From Candidatus Nomurabacteria bacterium (GTDB lineage: Bacteria; Patescibacteriota; Minisyncoccia; Phycocordibacterales; UBA5272): a DNA stretch of 64,000 nt. The stretch is taken from contig JBEIQD010000002.1 of NCBI GenBank assembly GCA_040376695.1, forward strand, positions 14,633-78,632, read 5' to 3'. Within the stretch, counting starts at the first letter, position 1, and each line of letters opens with the position of its first letter. Below the pieces are notes generated by a model, which worked only from the letters and a program-made list of their open reading frames with translations, made no database searches and was not told where the DNA came from. Positions 1 to 9,258 of this stretch are shown piece after piece. Position numbers and translations under genes: made by a program.

Positions 1-367
1 GGTAGTCATAAATTTCTGTGATAGTTGCAACAGTAGAACGAGGATTTCGTCCAGCAGATTTCTGGTCGATTGAGATAGCTGGTGAGAGACCCACAATTTC
101 ATCAACGTCAGGTTTTTGCATCTGATTAAGAAACTGACGAGCGTATGCTGAAAGAGATTCAACATATCGTCGCTGTCCTTCAGCAAAAATAGTATCAAAC
201 GCAAGAGATGATTTTCCAGATCCAGAAAGACCCGTGAACACAATCATCTTGTGACGTGGCATTTCCACAGTAATATTCTTGAGATTATGCGTACGGGCAC
301 CGCGAACAATAATACTTTCCAAGTGCTGAACGTTTCCTTCTTTTTTTGTTGTTTTTTTAGGAGTCAT
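1..367 (-). CDS. uvrA: Excinuclease ABC subunit A, N-terminal part (runs off window start)
   Basis: Reverse-strand translation from the ATG at 367 gives [12 protein letters not shown]...[48 protein letters not shown], a typical UvrA N-terminus with Walker A. TGcTATAAT lies 20 nt upstream. Confidence 0.8.
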   Translation of the reverse strand, partial: MTPKKTTKKEGNVQHLESIIVRGARTHNLKNITVEMPRHKMIVFTGLSGSGKSSLAFDTIFAEGQRRYVESLSAYARQFLNQMQKPDVDEIVGLSPAISIDQKSAGRNPRSTVATITEIYDY

Positions 368-444
368 AGGTGAGGACAATTTCCGCATTATAGCATATTT
401 GACAACCTTTTTCAAAAATTGCGAAGTGTTTACTTCCTAAACTA

Positions 445-469
445 AAACCGACCAGTTACGGTCGGTTTT
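445..469 (-). terminator. Hairpin plus U-run after the 482-1012 gene
   Basis: aaaaCCGACCagttacGGTCGGtttt. Confidence 0.4.
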
Positions 470-481
470 GTTACATCTTAA

Positions 482-1012
482 TTACTTTGTAGTAAGTGAA
501 TCGAGTGTTTCAACTACCTGGTCGTGATTAGCGCGTGCGCTTTCAACAACCATAAGCCATTGTCCGTCGCCCACCTGACCTACATGCCATTCAGTGTTTG
601 CTGACTGAGCAATTGTCCAAACACTTCCTGCGATAGTTGTTGTACCAACAACTGCGAGTGTAGATACACGAGGAGCGATTACATTATTAATGTAATCGAG
701 CGATGAATATCCACGACCTCCTTCATAACTCATGTACATTGAAATGTACGCTACTCCATTATCAGTAATTTTTACAAGCGCATCATTCATATCAAGTGTT
801 GATGTTGCCGTTTCTGGAATATCAAGACTGTATACAAGTTTATTCTCACCTTCAAATACACGAGTGACCTGACCTTCTAAGGTTTTCATAGTACTTGTCG
901 TAATAGGTGCTTGCGTAACAGGTTTATCCTTCATGTAAAAGTATGCTCCAGCTACCACAATCACAAGACCGAGAACTGCTAATAAAATGGCTTTGTATGT
1001 TTTCATGCCCAA
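482..1012 (-). CDS. Hypothetical protein with N-terminal signal anchor
   Basis: 176 aa ORF with an N-terminal TM helix (ILLAVLGLVIVVAGAYFY). No recognisable family. Confidence 0.5.
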   Translation of the reverse strand: MGMKTYKAILLAVLGLVIVVAGAYFYMKDKPVTQAPITTSTMKTLEGQVTRVFEGENKLVYSLDIPETATSTLDMNDALVKITDNGVAYISMYMSYEGGRGYSSLDYINNVIAPRVSTLAVVGTTTIAGSVWTIAQSANTEWHVGQVGDGQWLMVVESARANHDQVVETLDSLTTK

Positions 1013-1075
1013 AGTATACGCTTAGGAAAAAGAATGTGCAAAGCCACGAAAAACAAGCTTTGTCAGGGGTATTTC

Positions 1076-3118
1076 TTACTTGTTTTCCAAACGAATCTTT
1101 AACACCTTAATCTCATCACGAAGGATTGCGGCCGTCTCAAAATCAAGCGCTTTCACCGCTTCTTTCATTTGTTTCTCCTTGAGCTTGATAAGCTTATCAG
1201 GGTTTTTAGCAAACACTTTTGCGTCTATTTGAAGTTCTTCAGACACTGCCTTATCATGGCTACTCAACATACTTTCAGTGATATCTTGAATATTCTTTTT
1301 AATAGTCATTGGAGTAATACCGTGCTTTTTGTTGTAATCCTCCTGAATCGTACGACGACGATTTGTTTCAGCAATAGCTCGTTCAAGGGAACCTGTCATC
1401 ACATCAGCGTACAAAATAACGCGCCCGCGAACGTTACGAGCAGCACGACCAATTGTTTGGATAAGCGAAGTTTCTGAACGAAGAAAACCTTCTTTGTCGG
1501 CATCCAAGATTCCAATAAGTGTTACTTCTGGTAAGTCCAAACCTTCTCGAAGCAGGTTAACCCCAACAAGACAATCAAACTTTCCTTTACGGAACTCTGT
1601 AAGAATTTGAATTCTATCCATCGTCTTAATATCACTGTGAAGGTACTCCGCCTTCACTCCCTGCTCTTTCAAATACTCAGAAAGACTTTCCGCCATTTTC
1701 TTGGTTAGTGTTGTGGCAATAATGCGCCCTCCTAATTTAATATCAGCTACTGCTTCTTTAATGAAATGATGCACCTGTCCTTCGTATGAGCCTTTCGCTT
1801 CTACTGGTTTTACTTCAAGCACTGGATCAAGCAATCCTGTTGGGCGAATAATCTGTTCAATAATTGTCGCAGAATCTGCGCGCTCATATGCTCCAGGAGT
1901 AGCTGACACATAGATCACATCCGCAATCCTTTTTTCAAATTCTTCATATCGAAGTGGGCGGTTATCTTTCGCGCTCGGCAATCGAAAACCATATTCAACA
2001 AGTGTTTGCTTACGTGACTGATCTCCTGCATACATACCATGAAGCTGAGGTAATGTTACGTGAGATTCATCAATAATAGTAAGGAAATCTGGCTTTCCAT
2101 CCTTATCGTGTGGGAAATATTCCAAGAGTGTGTCCGGCGCCTCCCCTGGAAGTTTTCCTGAAAGATGACGAGAATAGTTTTCAACCCCCTGACAAAATCC
2201 AACTTCTTTAATCATGGCCACATCATAACGTGTACGACGCTTAAGACGTTCTGCTTCAAGGATTTTCCCTTCCTTATCAAATTCAGCCAAACGAGATTCC
2301 AATTCTTTTTGAATTGTTTCAACTGCGCGTTCGCGAGTTGGTACATCAGAAATAAAGTGCTTTGCAGGGAAAATATAATATTCGTCCACCACTGACAAAA
2401 GTTTCATTGATACTGGATCAACAGTTTGTAACCGAGAAATTTTTCCTCCCGCAATTTCTATTTGTAACATGAGTGTTTCAGAGATAGGCATGATATCAAT
2501 TCTGTTTCCTATCGCACGAAATGTTCCAGGTGAAAGATCAGCGTTGGTGCGTTCATAATAAATAGCCACGAACTTTTGCATGAGATCTACCTTTGAAGCA
2601 CTGTCTCCTACTGAGAGAATCATATTCTCTCGCTCATAATCTTTTGGAGATCCCAAACCGTAGATACAAGAAACTGACGCAACAATAATCACATCTTTTC
2701 GTGTAAGAAGCGCTTGTGTTGAAGCGTGGCGAAGTCTATCAATCTCCTCGTTAATTTGAGCATCCTTTTCAATATAGGTATCAGTCACTGGCATATACGC
2801 TTCTGGCTGATAGTAGTCGTAATAAGAAACGAAGTAGTGCACCGCAGCATCTGGAAAAAAAGTACGGAACTCTTGCGCAAGCTGAGCGGCGAGTGTTTTG
2901 TTATGAGCAATCACAAGCGTTGGTTTTTGGACCTGCTGAATAACGTTCGCAATCGTGAACGTCTTACCAGTTCCTGTGGCACCAAGGAGTGTCTGTTTTG
3001 CAGTCCCCTTTTTCAATCCCGCCACAAGTTCAGCAATTGCCTTAGGCTGATCCCCTGCTGGAGTAAAGCCTTTAATATCAAATACCCCCTTATCTCTGCG
3101 TGTATTCTTGCTTGACAT
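1076..3118 (-). CDS. uvrB: Excinuclease ABC subunit B
   Basis: 680 aa with Walker A GATGTGKTF, helicase motifs and a C-terminal UVR domain (ALDFETAAILRDEI). TGcTATAAT lies upstream. Confidence 0.95.
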   Translation of the reverse strand: MSSKNTRRDKGVFDIKGFTPAGDQPKAIAELVAGLKKGTAKQTLLGATGTGKTFTIANVIQQVQKPTLVIAHNKTLAAQLAQEFRTFFPDAAVHYFVSYYDYYQPEAYMPVTDTYIEKDAQINEEIDRLRHASTQALLTRKDVIIVASVSCIYGLGSPKDYERENMILSVGDSASKVDLMQKFVAIYYERTNADLSPGTFRAIGNRIDIMPISETLMLQIEIAGGKISRLQTVDPVSMKLLSVVDEYYIFPAKHFISDVPTRERAVETIQKELESRLAEFDKEGKILEAERLKRRTRYDVAMIKEVGFCQGVENYSRHLSGKLPGEAPDTLLEYFPHDKDGKPDFLTIIDESHVTLPQLHGMYAGDQSRKQTLVEYGFRLPSAKDNRPLRYEEFEKRIADVIYVSATPGAYERADSATIIEQIIRPTGLLDPVLEVKPVEAKGSYEGQVHHFIKEAVADIKLGGRIIATTLTKKMAESLSEYLKEQGVKAEYLHSDIKTMDRIQILTEFRKGKFDCLVGVNLLREGLDLPEVTLIGILDADKEGFLRSETSLIQTIGRAARNVRGRVILYADVMTGSLERAIAETNRRRTIQEDYNKKHGITPMTIKKNIQDITESMLSSHDKAVSEELQIDAKVFAKNPDKLIKLKEKQMKEAVKALDFETAAILRDEIKVLKIRLENK

Positions 3119-3189
3119 AGTTAAGATGTCATTATAGCATAAAATTGAAAGCTGTTTGAATAACCCCTTACAACACAGGAGACAAACCT

Positions 3190-3306
3190 ATGGAATCACA
3201 AGATGGGGACGGCGAAGGAGATTTCTTCGAATTCCTCAAGGCCCACAAACTGGCCGCACTGATGATAATCATCATCCTTGCCGCCATCCTGAAACCGTTG
3301 CTGTAA
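3190..3306 (+). CDS. Small tail-anchored membrane peptide (38 aa), GC-rich
   Basis: SD acAGGAGAcaaacctATG. Product MESQDGDGEGDFFEFLKAHKLAALMIIIILAAILKPLL. Local GC is about 50% against about 40% background. Immediately upstream of the 3326 gene, which has its own SD. Confidence 0.3.
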   Translation: MESQDGDGEGDFFEFLKAHKLAALMIIIILAAILKPLL

Positions 3307-3325
3307 AAAGCAGAAGGAGAGCTGT

Positions 3326-3739
3326 ATGCAGAAAATAATACGAAAAATCTTTTTCCTTGTATGTACGTTTGCGTGCATACTCTTCTCTGGGTGGCTGGCA
3401 TTTAAAAACTACCCTGAACTTGTATGGGGGTTGCCACTTCTGCCTGCGATTACTTTTTTCTTGTTTGCGTGCGTCGAAAAACAAAAACACACACCTCGAC
3501 AAAAGAGAGTTGAGCCAGAAATGTCTCCAGCAGAAGAAGTGAAAATGGCTGTTTTCAACTGTTTCCTTGGTTGTGTTGTGGTGGCAGTCATTATTTTGTG
3601 CACTACCCTTTGGTACTTTGGTTTCTTCTTTTGGGTTTGGAAAAACCTTCCACCGATTCTGCTTGCTTTGTTATTTTCTTGCGGGATTATTGGGGGAAGC
3701 CTTTCAGGTGGGTGGCGCTACAAGGAACCCCGACCCTAG
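3326..3739 (+). CDS. Hypothetical integral membrane protein (4 TM)
   Basis: 137 aa. SD aaggagag 7 nt upstream. Hydrophobic helices throughout. Confidence 0.5.
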   Translation: MQKIIRKIFFLVCTFACILFSGWLAFKNYPELVWGLPLLPAITFFLFACVEKQKHTPRQKRVEPEMSPAEEVKMAVFNCFLGCVVVAVIILCTTLWYFGFFFWVWKNLPPILLALLFSCGIIGGSLSGGWRYKEPRP

Positions 3740-3785
3740 ACAAGCCACAAAAAAAAGCCGCACATGTGCGGCTTTTTTCTTTACC

Positions 3786-5042
3786 TTATTTATAATACCG
3801 AGCAATAAAACTATTTTTAAATTCTATAAATCTTCCTTCTTGTAATGCTTTTCGTGCGTCATCAACAAGTGCTGTTAAGAATTTTAGATTATGAATTGAA
3901 GCTAATGTTGCAGCAAGCATTTCGTCTGCTCTGAATAAATGTGAGAGGTAACTTTTTGTATACCCGTGTGTGTACCACGTCGCATCCTCCGATACTGGAG
4001 ACATGTCATCTTTATACTTTGCGTTAGTAATATTAATACGTCCATCAAGGGTGTATAGTGTTCCATTTCTTCCGATACGAGTTGGTGCAACACAATCAAA
4101 TGTATCGATACCGTTTTCAATAGCGAGTAACATATCAAGCGGTTCCCCGATACCGAGAAGATGTCGAGGCTTTCCGACTGGCAATTCCTCACACACCCAT
4201 CGCACTGCCGTTGCCATGTCGTCTTTAGTAAAACTTCCACCGATACCGTATCCATCAAAATCCATGTCGCCAAGTATTTTTGCAGACTCACGACGAAGTT
4301 CTTCATACGCACCACCTTGCACGACTCCAAAAAGCGCCTGTATCTCGCCTGTTGCCGCTGATACACCTAATCGTTTATGTTCATCGAGACTACGCTTTGC
4401 CCATCTATGAGTTCTATCCATCGCCTCTTTCTGATACGCGATAGGAGCAAGCGGGCTAGTACATTCATCAAATGCGAAAAAAATATCTGCTCCAAGATTA
4501 TGTTGTATCTGCATACTACGTTCAGGAGTGAACCTATGTTTACTTCCATCAATGACTGATTTAAATGTCACCCCCTCTTCATCAATGTGTGCCATTTTTT
4601 CATGAATACTTTCTTGCGCGATTTCTTTTTCTTCACGCTTACTCAACGTAGATTCATACGCTGAAATTTCTTCACTTGTTGCGATCTTACTTACTCCGTG
4701 CCCAAGAGCTTGTCCTAATGAGAACACTTGGAATCCTCCTGAATCAGTTACAGAAGGGAGAACTTTGCCATCTTTTTTCCAGCCCATCATGTTTGGAAAA
4801 CCTCCATGCTTGGCAACTATTTCATCCCCTGGTTCAAGATAGAGATGATACGTATTTGCAAGAACAGCCTGAGCGCCGACAGCGTCACGAATCTGCTCAG
4901 CTGTGAGGGCTTTAACTGTGGCTTTTGTACCAACAGTAATAAAGGCAGGTGTTTGTATATCTCCGTGTGGAGTATGAATAACCCCCGACCGAGCAAGTGG
5001 AGCCTCTTTAGAAGAGTGCGTTATCTCGAAAGAAAATGACAT
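3786..5042 (-). CDS. tgt: Queuine tRNA-ribosyltransferase (tRNA-guanine transglycosylase)
   Basis: FITVGTKATVK, FQVFSLG and DCVAPTRIGRNGTLYT motifs. Start moved from the ORF-track 5087 to the ATG at 5042 (MSFSFEI...), which has TAGTAT 8 nt upstream (leaderless). About 60 aa C-terminal extension relative to typical Tgt. Confidence 0.8.
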   Translation of the reverse strand: MSFSFEITHSSKEAPLARSGVIHTPHGDIQTPAFITVGTKATVKALTAEQIRDAVGAQAVLANTYHLYLEPGDEIVAKHGGFPNMMGWKKDGKVLPSVTDSGGFQVFSLGQALGHGVSKIATSEEISAYESTLSKREEKEIAQESIHEKMAHIDEEGVTFKSVIDGSKHRFTPERSMQIQHNLGADIFFAFDECTSPLAPIAYQKEAMDRTHRWAKRSLDEHKRLGVSAATGEIQALFGVVQGGAYEELRRESAKILGDMDFDGYGIGGSFTKDDMATAVRWVCEELPVGKPRHLLGIGEPLDMLLAIENGIDTFDCVAPTRIGRNGTLYTLDGRINITNAKYKDDMSPVSEDATWYTHGYTKSYLSHLFRADEMLAATLASIHNLKFLTALVDDARKALQEGRFIEFKNSFIARYYK

Positions 5043-5223
5043 TAGTATGTATACTACCATATCTTGAAAATCGAACACTCTAAACAAGCAGAACCTGCAA
5101 AGGTGTTCCGTCGAAATGTGCTCATTTCGACGCGATTTTTACGTTTAAAAATCGCCTACAAAAGTAGACTTCTCCCACTAAAACAAGTAGTATGCGGGCA
5201 GTTGAACTTTAAAAGGAGCTAGC

Positions 5224-5406
5224 ATGCAACTACTAGAAAAGCTCTTCCACAGGGTTTTAATCTGCGGACAGTGGATATTTGCAATCGTGTTGTTTTGCAT
5301 CATGCTTGTAATTGCCTGCATCCCCGCAGGAATCTTCCTTGTTTGGTGTCTCACCAACAAAGAAAACCCGTTTCACTTTGTTACCAAATCAGAGTGGCAT
5401 CCTTAA
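5224..5406 (+). CDS. Small membrane protein (60 aa)
   Basis: SD aaaAGGAGctagcATG. Two predicted TM helices. Sits directly upstream of the HD hydrolase gene. Confidence 0.3.
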   Translation: MQLLEKLFHRVLICGQWIFAIVLFCIMLVIACIPAGIFLVWCLTNKENPFHFVTKSEWHP

Positions 5407-5431
5407 CCTTCCATCTCTAAGGAGAACTTCC

Positions 5432-6097
5432 ATGGATAAGCTCTGGGATATGCTGCAAGCGCATCTCCGTCCTATCTTTGGACGGAATGACATCTTGAAG
5501 ATGAAAGCTGTGTACATTTTTGCGGACAAAGCTCATTTGGGAGTATTCCGTGAAGATGGTTCGAAATATATCACGCACCCTGTGCAGTCGGTCATCATAG
5601 CCATAGAAGCAGGAGAACGAGACCTTGAAACATTAATGGCAATCTTACTTCATGATGTGTACGAAGAAACACAAGACAAGCGTTACCCAAAAAGGTTTGA
5701 GCATGTGCACAAACAATTTGGACAACTCGTTGCCTACCGCGTCCACATCATGACAAAGTATGACCATACTAAGGAGGGAAAGGTCATTTACTGGCGCGGG
5801 GTACGAACGTGTGCTGATCATGGTGTTAAAAAAGGAAAGCTAGCAGATCGCACTCACAACATCGAAACCTTGGAAGAAGTACCTGACCCTGGCCGAAGAA
5901 AAAGAAAACTCAAAGAAACCGTTAGTGAGTTCATTCCGATTCTCACGTGGCTTGCGAACGACATTGAAGTAAAATATTACAGTCTCGAGCTAGAGAGGCA
6001 AGCAGAGCGTGCGATCGTGCGAAATCTTTACCTGCGTCTTAAAAAGACAATGGAAGGTAAGTACCGCATACCGTTCGTGGTGCCTGAACTTGATTAG
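5432..6097 (+). CDS. HD-domain (p)ppGpp hydrolase-like protein (RelA/SpoT hydrolase domain only, small alarmone hydrolase type)
   Basis: YITHPVQSV...LMAILLHDVYEET and KLADRTHNIETL match the SpoT/Mesh1 HD hydrolase signature. Start taken at 5432 with SD taAGGAGaacttcc; the ORF-track N-extension from 5312 is rejected. Confidence 0.6.
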   Translation: MDKLWDMLQAHLRPIFGRNDILKMKAVYIFADKAHLGVFREDGSKYITHPVQSVIIAIEAGERDLETLMAILLHDVYEETQDKRYPKRFEHVHKQFGQLVAYRVHIMTKYDHTKEGKVIYWRGVRTCADHGVKKGKLADRTHNIETLEEVPDPGRRKRKLKETVSEFIPILTWLANDIEVKYYSLELERQAERAIVRNLYLRLKKTMEGKYRIPFVVPELD

Positions 6098-6126
6098 AGC
6101 AGTTTATGAAAATAAACTGCTCTTTT
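6098..6126. terminator. Bidirectional hairpin terminator between convergent genes
   Basis: GAGCAGTTTAtgaaaaTAAACTGCTCtttttt. Confidence 0.5.
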
Positions 6127-7272
6127 TTATTGTGTAACCGTCTTTGCAATTACATCCACTAACTCTTTATCAAACATACTTGGCAAAATTTCATCTCTAC
6201 TTGGATTCTTTACATGCTGCGCGAGAGCAAGCGCTGCGCGAGTAAACATCGTAATATCAAATTGCTTAACGTTGGCATCAAGTACTCCTTTAAATAATCC
6301 TGGGAAAATAAGTGAGTTGTTAAGTTGATTTGGGAAATCGCTTCGCCCTGTTGCAATCACTGCCACCCCTGCTTCCTTCGCAACTTCAGGCATAATTTCT
6401 GGAATTGGATTGGCGAGCGCAAACACGATTGGATCAGGCTTCATGGTGTGAATCATTTCCGTGGTTAGCACTCCTGCTTTTGATACTCCGATAAACACGT
6501 CAGCGTCTACTACCGCGTCCGCAAGTGTTCCTTCATGTCCACCCAACAAAGACCCTGTAAGTAATTCTTTTTTCTGATCGTTCAAATCCTGACGCGCAAC
6601 ATGAATAATCCCTTTACTGTCACAGAACAATATATTTTTAAATCCATACGAAAGAAGAATACGAGCTGTAGCTACTCCTGCTGAACCAACTCCATTGATT
6701 ACTATTTTTACATTTAAATCTTTCTCTCTACCTGTAACCATGAGCGCGTTGATAAGTCCGCCGAGAACAACCGTCGCCGTTCCCCATTGATCATCATGCA
6801 TAACAGGAATAGAAAGTTCTTTTCGCAGCCGCTCTTCAATTTCAAAACATTTTGGCGCGGCAATGTCTTCCAAATTAACTGCACCAAACACTGGAGCTAA
6901 TTGCTTCACTGCTTTAATAATTTCCTCGGTATCTTGTGTGTCTAAACAAATAGGAAATGCGTCTACCCCAGCAAAAGATTTTAGTATTGCAGCTTTTCCT
7001 TCCATAACAGGAATTGCAGCTAATGCACCCAAGTTACCAAGCCCAAGTATTGCAGAGCCGTCAGAAATAATAGCGACAGTATTTCGCTTTAACGTATATT
7101 CTCTCGCAAGAGAAGGATCCTTCCCTATCTCTCTTGAGATTTCAGCAATACCGGGAGTGTATGCCCGCGATAAATCATCTTTATCGTTCATTGGAACTTT
7201 AACCGCTAATTCAATTTTCCCGTGATGCTTCTTATGCAAATCAATAGATTCTTTGTTGTAATCGTGACTCAT
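6127..7272 (-). CDS. NAD(P)-dependent malic enzyme (short form, no PTA domain)
   Basis: DLSRAYTPGIAEISREI and GSAILGLGNLG motifs; 381 aa. Confidence 0.85.
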   Translation of the reverse strand: MSHDYNKESIDLHKKHHGKIELAVKVPMNDKDDLSRAYTPGIAEISREIGKDPSLAREYTLKRNTVAIISDGSAILGLGNLGALAAIPVMEGKAAILKSFAGVDAFPICLDTQDTEEIIKAVKQLAPVFGAVNLEDIAAPKCFEIEERLRKELSIPVMHDDQWGTATVVLGGLINALMVTGREKDLNVKIVINGVGSAGVATARILLSYGFKNILFCDSKGIIHVARQDLNDQKKELLTGSLLGGHEGTLADAVVDADVFIGVSKAGVLTTEMIHTMKPDPIVFALANPIPEIMPEVAKEAGVAVIATGRSDFPNQLNNSLIFPGLFKGVLDANVKQFDITMFTRAALALAQHVKNPSRDEILPSMFDKELVDVIAKTVTQ

Positions 7273-7286
7273 AAACTATTTCTTTA

Positions 7287-8177
7287 TTATTTAGCGTATA
7301 ACTCCATCTTCGCACGTACCACCTTCTTCATCTCTTCTTGTCCTTCCTTTCCAAACTTATATGGAGCAACTTCATTCGGGTGTTCTTCCAAGTAGTTCAT
7401 TTCTCCATCACGAAATGCTTTTCTAATTTCTGTATTGATATGAACAAGCGCAATTCCTGCATCAATCGCTGCACGTAAGTCCTCATCTGTATTTCCACTG
7501 GCTCCGTGAAGAACAAGCGGTATATCGATCGCTGCCGCAATTTCTTTAAGACGATCAATGTGAAGCTTTGGCTCTTCTGCATCAACTAGCATTCCGTGTA
7601 CATTTCCAATAGCTGGTGCAAACATATCTATTCCAGTTCGAATAACAAAATCCTTAGCCTGTTCTACTGTCGTAAGATTTACTTCACTCACCCCTTCTGG
7701 AAGAGACTGATTCAGAGATGATGACTGACCAATGTATCCAAGCTCCGCTTCAACCAAAACTCGCTTACCTGTTTTCTCTTCATACATACGTACAGCATCT
7801 GTACATGTTCTTACTAACGCCACGTTCTCTTCATACGGAAGTTTTGCGCCATCTACTATAACGCTATCGTACCCAGCCTCTACCGCTTCCATTACTTTTT
7901 CAAGCGTATAGGTGTGATCAGCATTCAAAAAAATTGGGACCGTATATTCTTCGTTAAGTTCTTCAATTACTTTACGTACCATCTTTACCCCAATGTATTC
8001 ACGCTCACCTTCACTTACTCCGATAATAACTGGTTGGTGTAATTCCTGTGCAACGTCTGCAATTGCGCGCGCTTGATCAAGATTTGAGATATTAAAATGT
8101 GCGATTGCTTTGCCTTCTTTTTTATATGCGAGAATCGTGTCTAAATAGTGGTTGGATTGGGGGCTTAGCTTCATCAT
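7287..8177 (-). CDS. fba: Fructose-bisphosphate aldolase class II
   Basis: HFNISNLDQ, LVLHGASGNTDEDLRAAIDAGIALVHINTE. TATACT 8 nt before the ATG. Confidence 0.85.
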   Translation of the reverse strand: MMKLSPQSNHYLDTILAYKKEGKAIAHFNISNLDQARAIADVAQELHQPVIIGVSEGEREYIGVKMVRKVIEELNEEYTVPIFLNADHTYTLEKVMEAVEAGYDSVIVDGAKLPYEENVALVRTCTDAVRMYEEKTGKRVLVEAELGYIGQSSSLNQSLPEGVSEVNLTTVEQAKDFVIRTGIDMFAPAIGNVHGMLVDAEEPKLHIDRLKEIAAAIDIPLVLHGASGNTDEDLRAAIDAGIALVHINTEIRKAFRDGEMNYLEEHPNEVAPYKFGKEGQEEMKKVVRAKMELYAK

Positions 8178-8218
8178 ATCAACACAGTATATACTACTTG
8201 CCGTGATACCATACGTTC

Positions 8219-9220
8219 ATGATAGATAACCAAAATACTCCAACAAATACAGGAACATTTCTCGCAGTTGGCGATACTGTTATTGAACCTTTCATCAAAC
8301 TTTCTGTCGGACACGTACAAGAAACAGCGAACGGTCCTGAACTTTGCATTCCATATGGAGCAAAAGTTCCTTATGAAAGCGCAACCCTTATTGCCGGCGT
8401 CGGAAACAGCGCAAACGCTGCGGTTTCAGCTGCTCGATTAGGTGTAAACTCTTCCCTTCTCACATGGTTAGGAGAAGATGCTTACGGAAACCTCTGTAGA
8501 GAAACTCTTGTTAAAGAAGGTGTGGCAAGCGATTTCATACAGCTACAGGCTGGTAAAAAAACAAACTATCACTACGTATTATGGTACGGTGATGATCGAA
8601 CCATTCTCGTAAAACATGAAGCTTTTGATTACTCACTTCCTGCAATTGGTACACCTACATGGTTATATATTTCTTCTCTAGGCGCTCATACTGAAAGTTT
8701 TCACGATGAGCTAACAGCGTATGCAAAAAACAACCCAGATATACGCGTCGCATTTCAACCGGGAACATTTCAACTTAAAATGGGAAAGAACATAGAACTC
8801 TACAAAGAGACTGATGTTGTCTGTGTTAACAAAGAAGAAGCTCAAACATTATTAGAAAGTGATGAGCATGATATAAAAAAATTACTTGATGGACTAGAAG
8901 CACTTGGCCCATCAACAGTTATCATTACCGACGGACATCTTGGTGCATATATGAAACATGATCATACCTATTTCAATATGCCGATTTATCCAGACATCGC
9001 ACCACCTCTGGAACGCACTGGCGCAGGAGACGCTTTCTTTTCAACATTTATCGCCTATCTCGTTAAGGGGTATGATGCTGTTTATGCAATCAAGCGCGCT
9101 CCTATTAATAGCATGAATGTTGTTCAACACATTGGAGCTCAAGAAGGACTTCTTTCAGAAAAGGCTGTTGAAGAATTTTTACAGAAAGCACCTGAAAGTT
9201 ACAAGTTAGTGATACTTTAA
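8219..9220 (+). CDS. PfkB-family carbohydrate kinase (ribokinase-like)
   Basis: C-terminal TGAGDAFFSTFIAYLVKG signature; 333 aa. Confidence 0.8.
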   Translation: MIDNQNTPTNTGTFLAVGDTVIEPFIKLSVGHVQETANGPELCIPYGAKVPYESATLIAGVGNSANAAVSAARLGVNSSLLTWLGEDAYGNLCRETLVKEGVASDFIQLQAGKKTNYHYVLWYGDDRTILVKHEAFDYSLPAIGTPTWLYISSLGAHTESFHDELTAYAKNNPDIRVAFQPGTFQLKMGKNIELYKETDVVCVNKEEAQTLLESDEHDIKKLLDGLEALGPSTVIITDGHLGAYMKHDHTYFNMPIYPDIAPPLERTGAGDAFFSTFIAYLVKGYDAVYAIKRAPINSMNVVQHIGAQEGLLSEKAVEEFLQKAPESYKLVIL

Positions 9221-9230
9221 AAATGCTGAG

Positions 9231-9258
9231 AAAAAGCGCGACCGTGGTCGCGCTTTTT
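9231..9258. terminator. Bidirectional terminator, member of the GCGCGACC stem family
   Basis: aaaaAGCGCGACCgtgGGTCGCGCTtttt. Confidence 0.5.

Noticed and set aside
1169-3115. Multiple 60-130 aa ORFs antisense to uvrB (and similar antisense ORFs inside gyrA, the tgt gene, gap and the ATPase)
   Set aside because: They are fully embedded in strongly supported genes on the opposite strand and have no independent signals.
5312-5431. N-terminal 40 aa extension of the HD hydrolase ORF
   Set aside because: It overlaps the upstream small ORF region and has no RBS. The ATG at 5432 has a strong AAGGAG SD and begins the conserved region.
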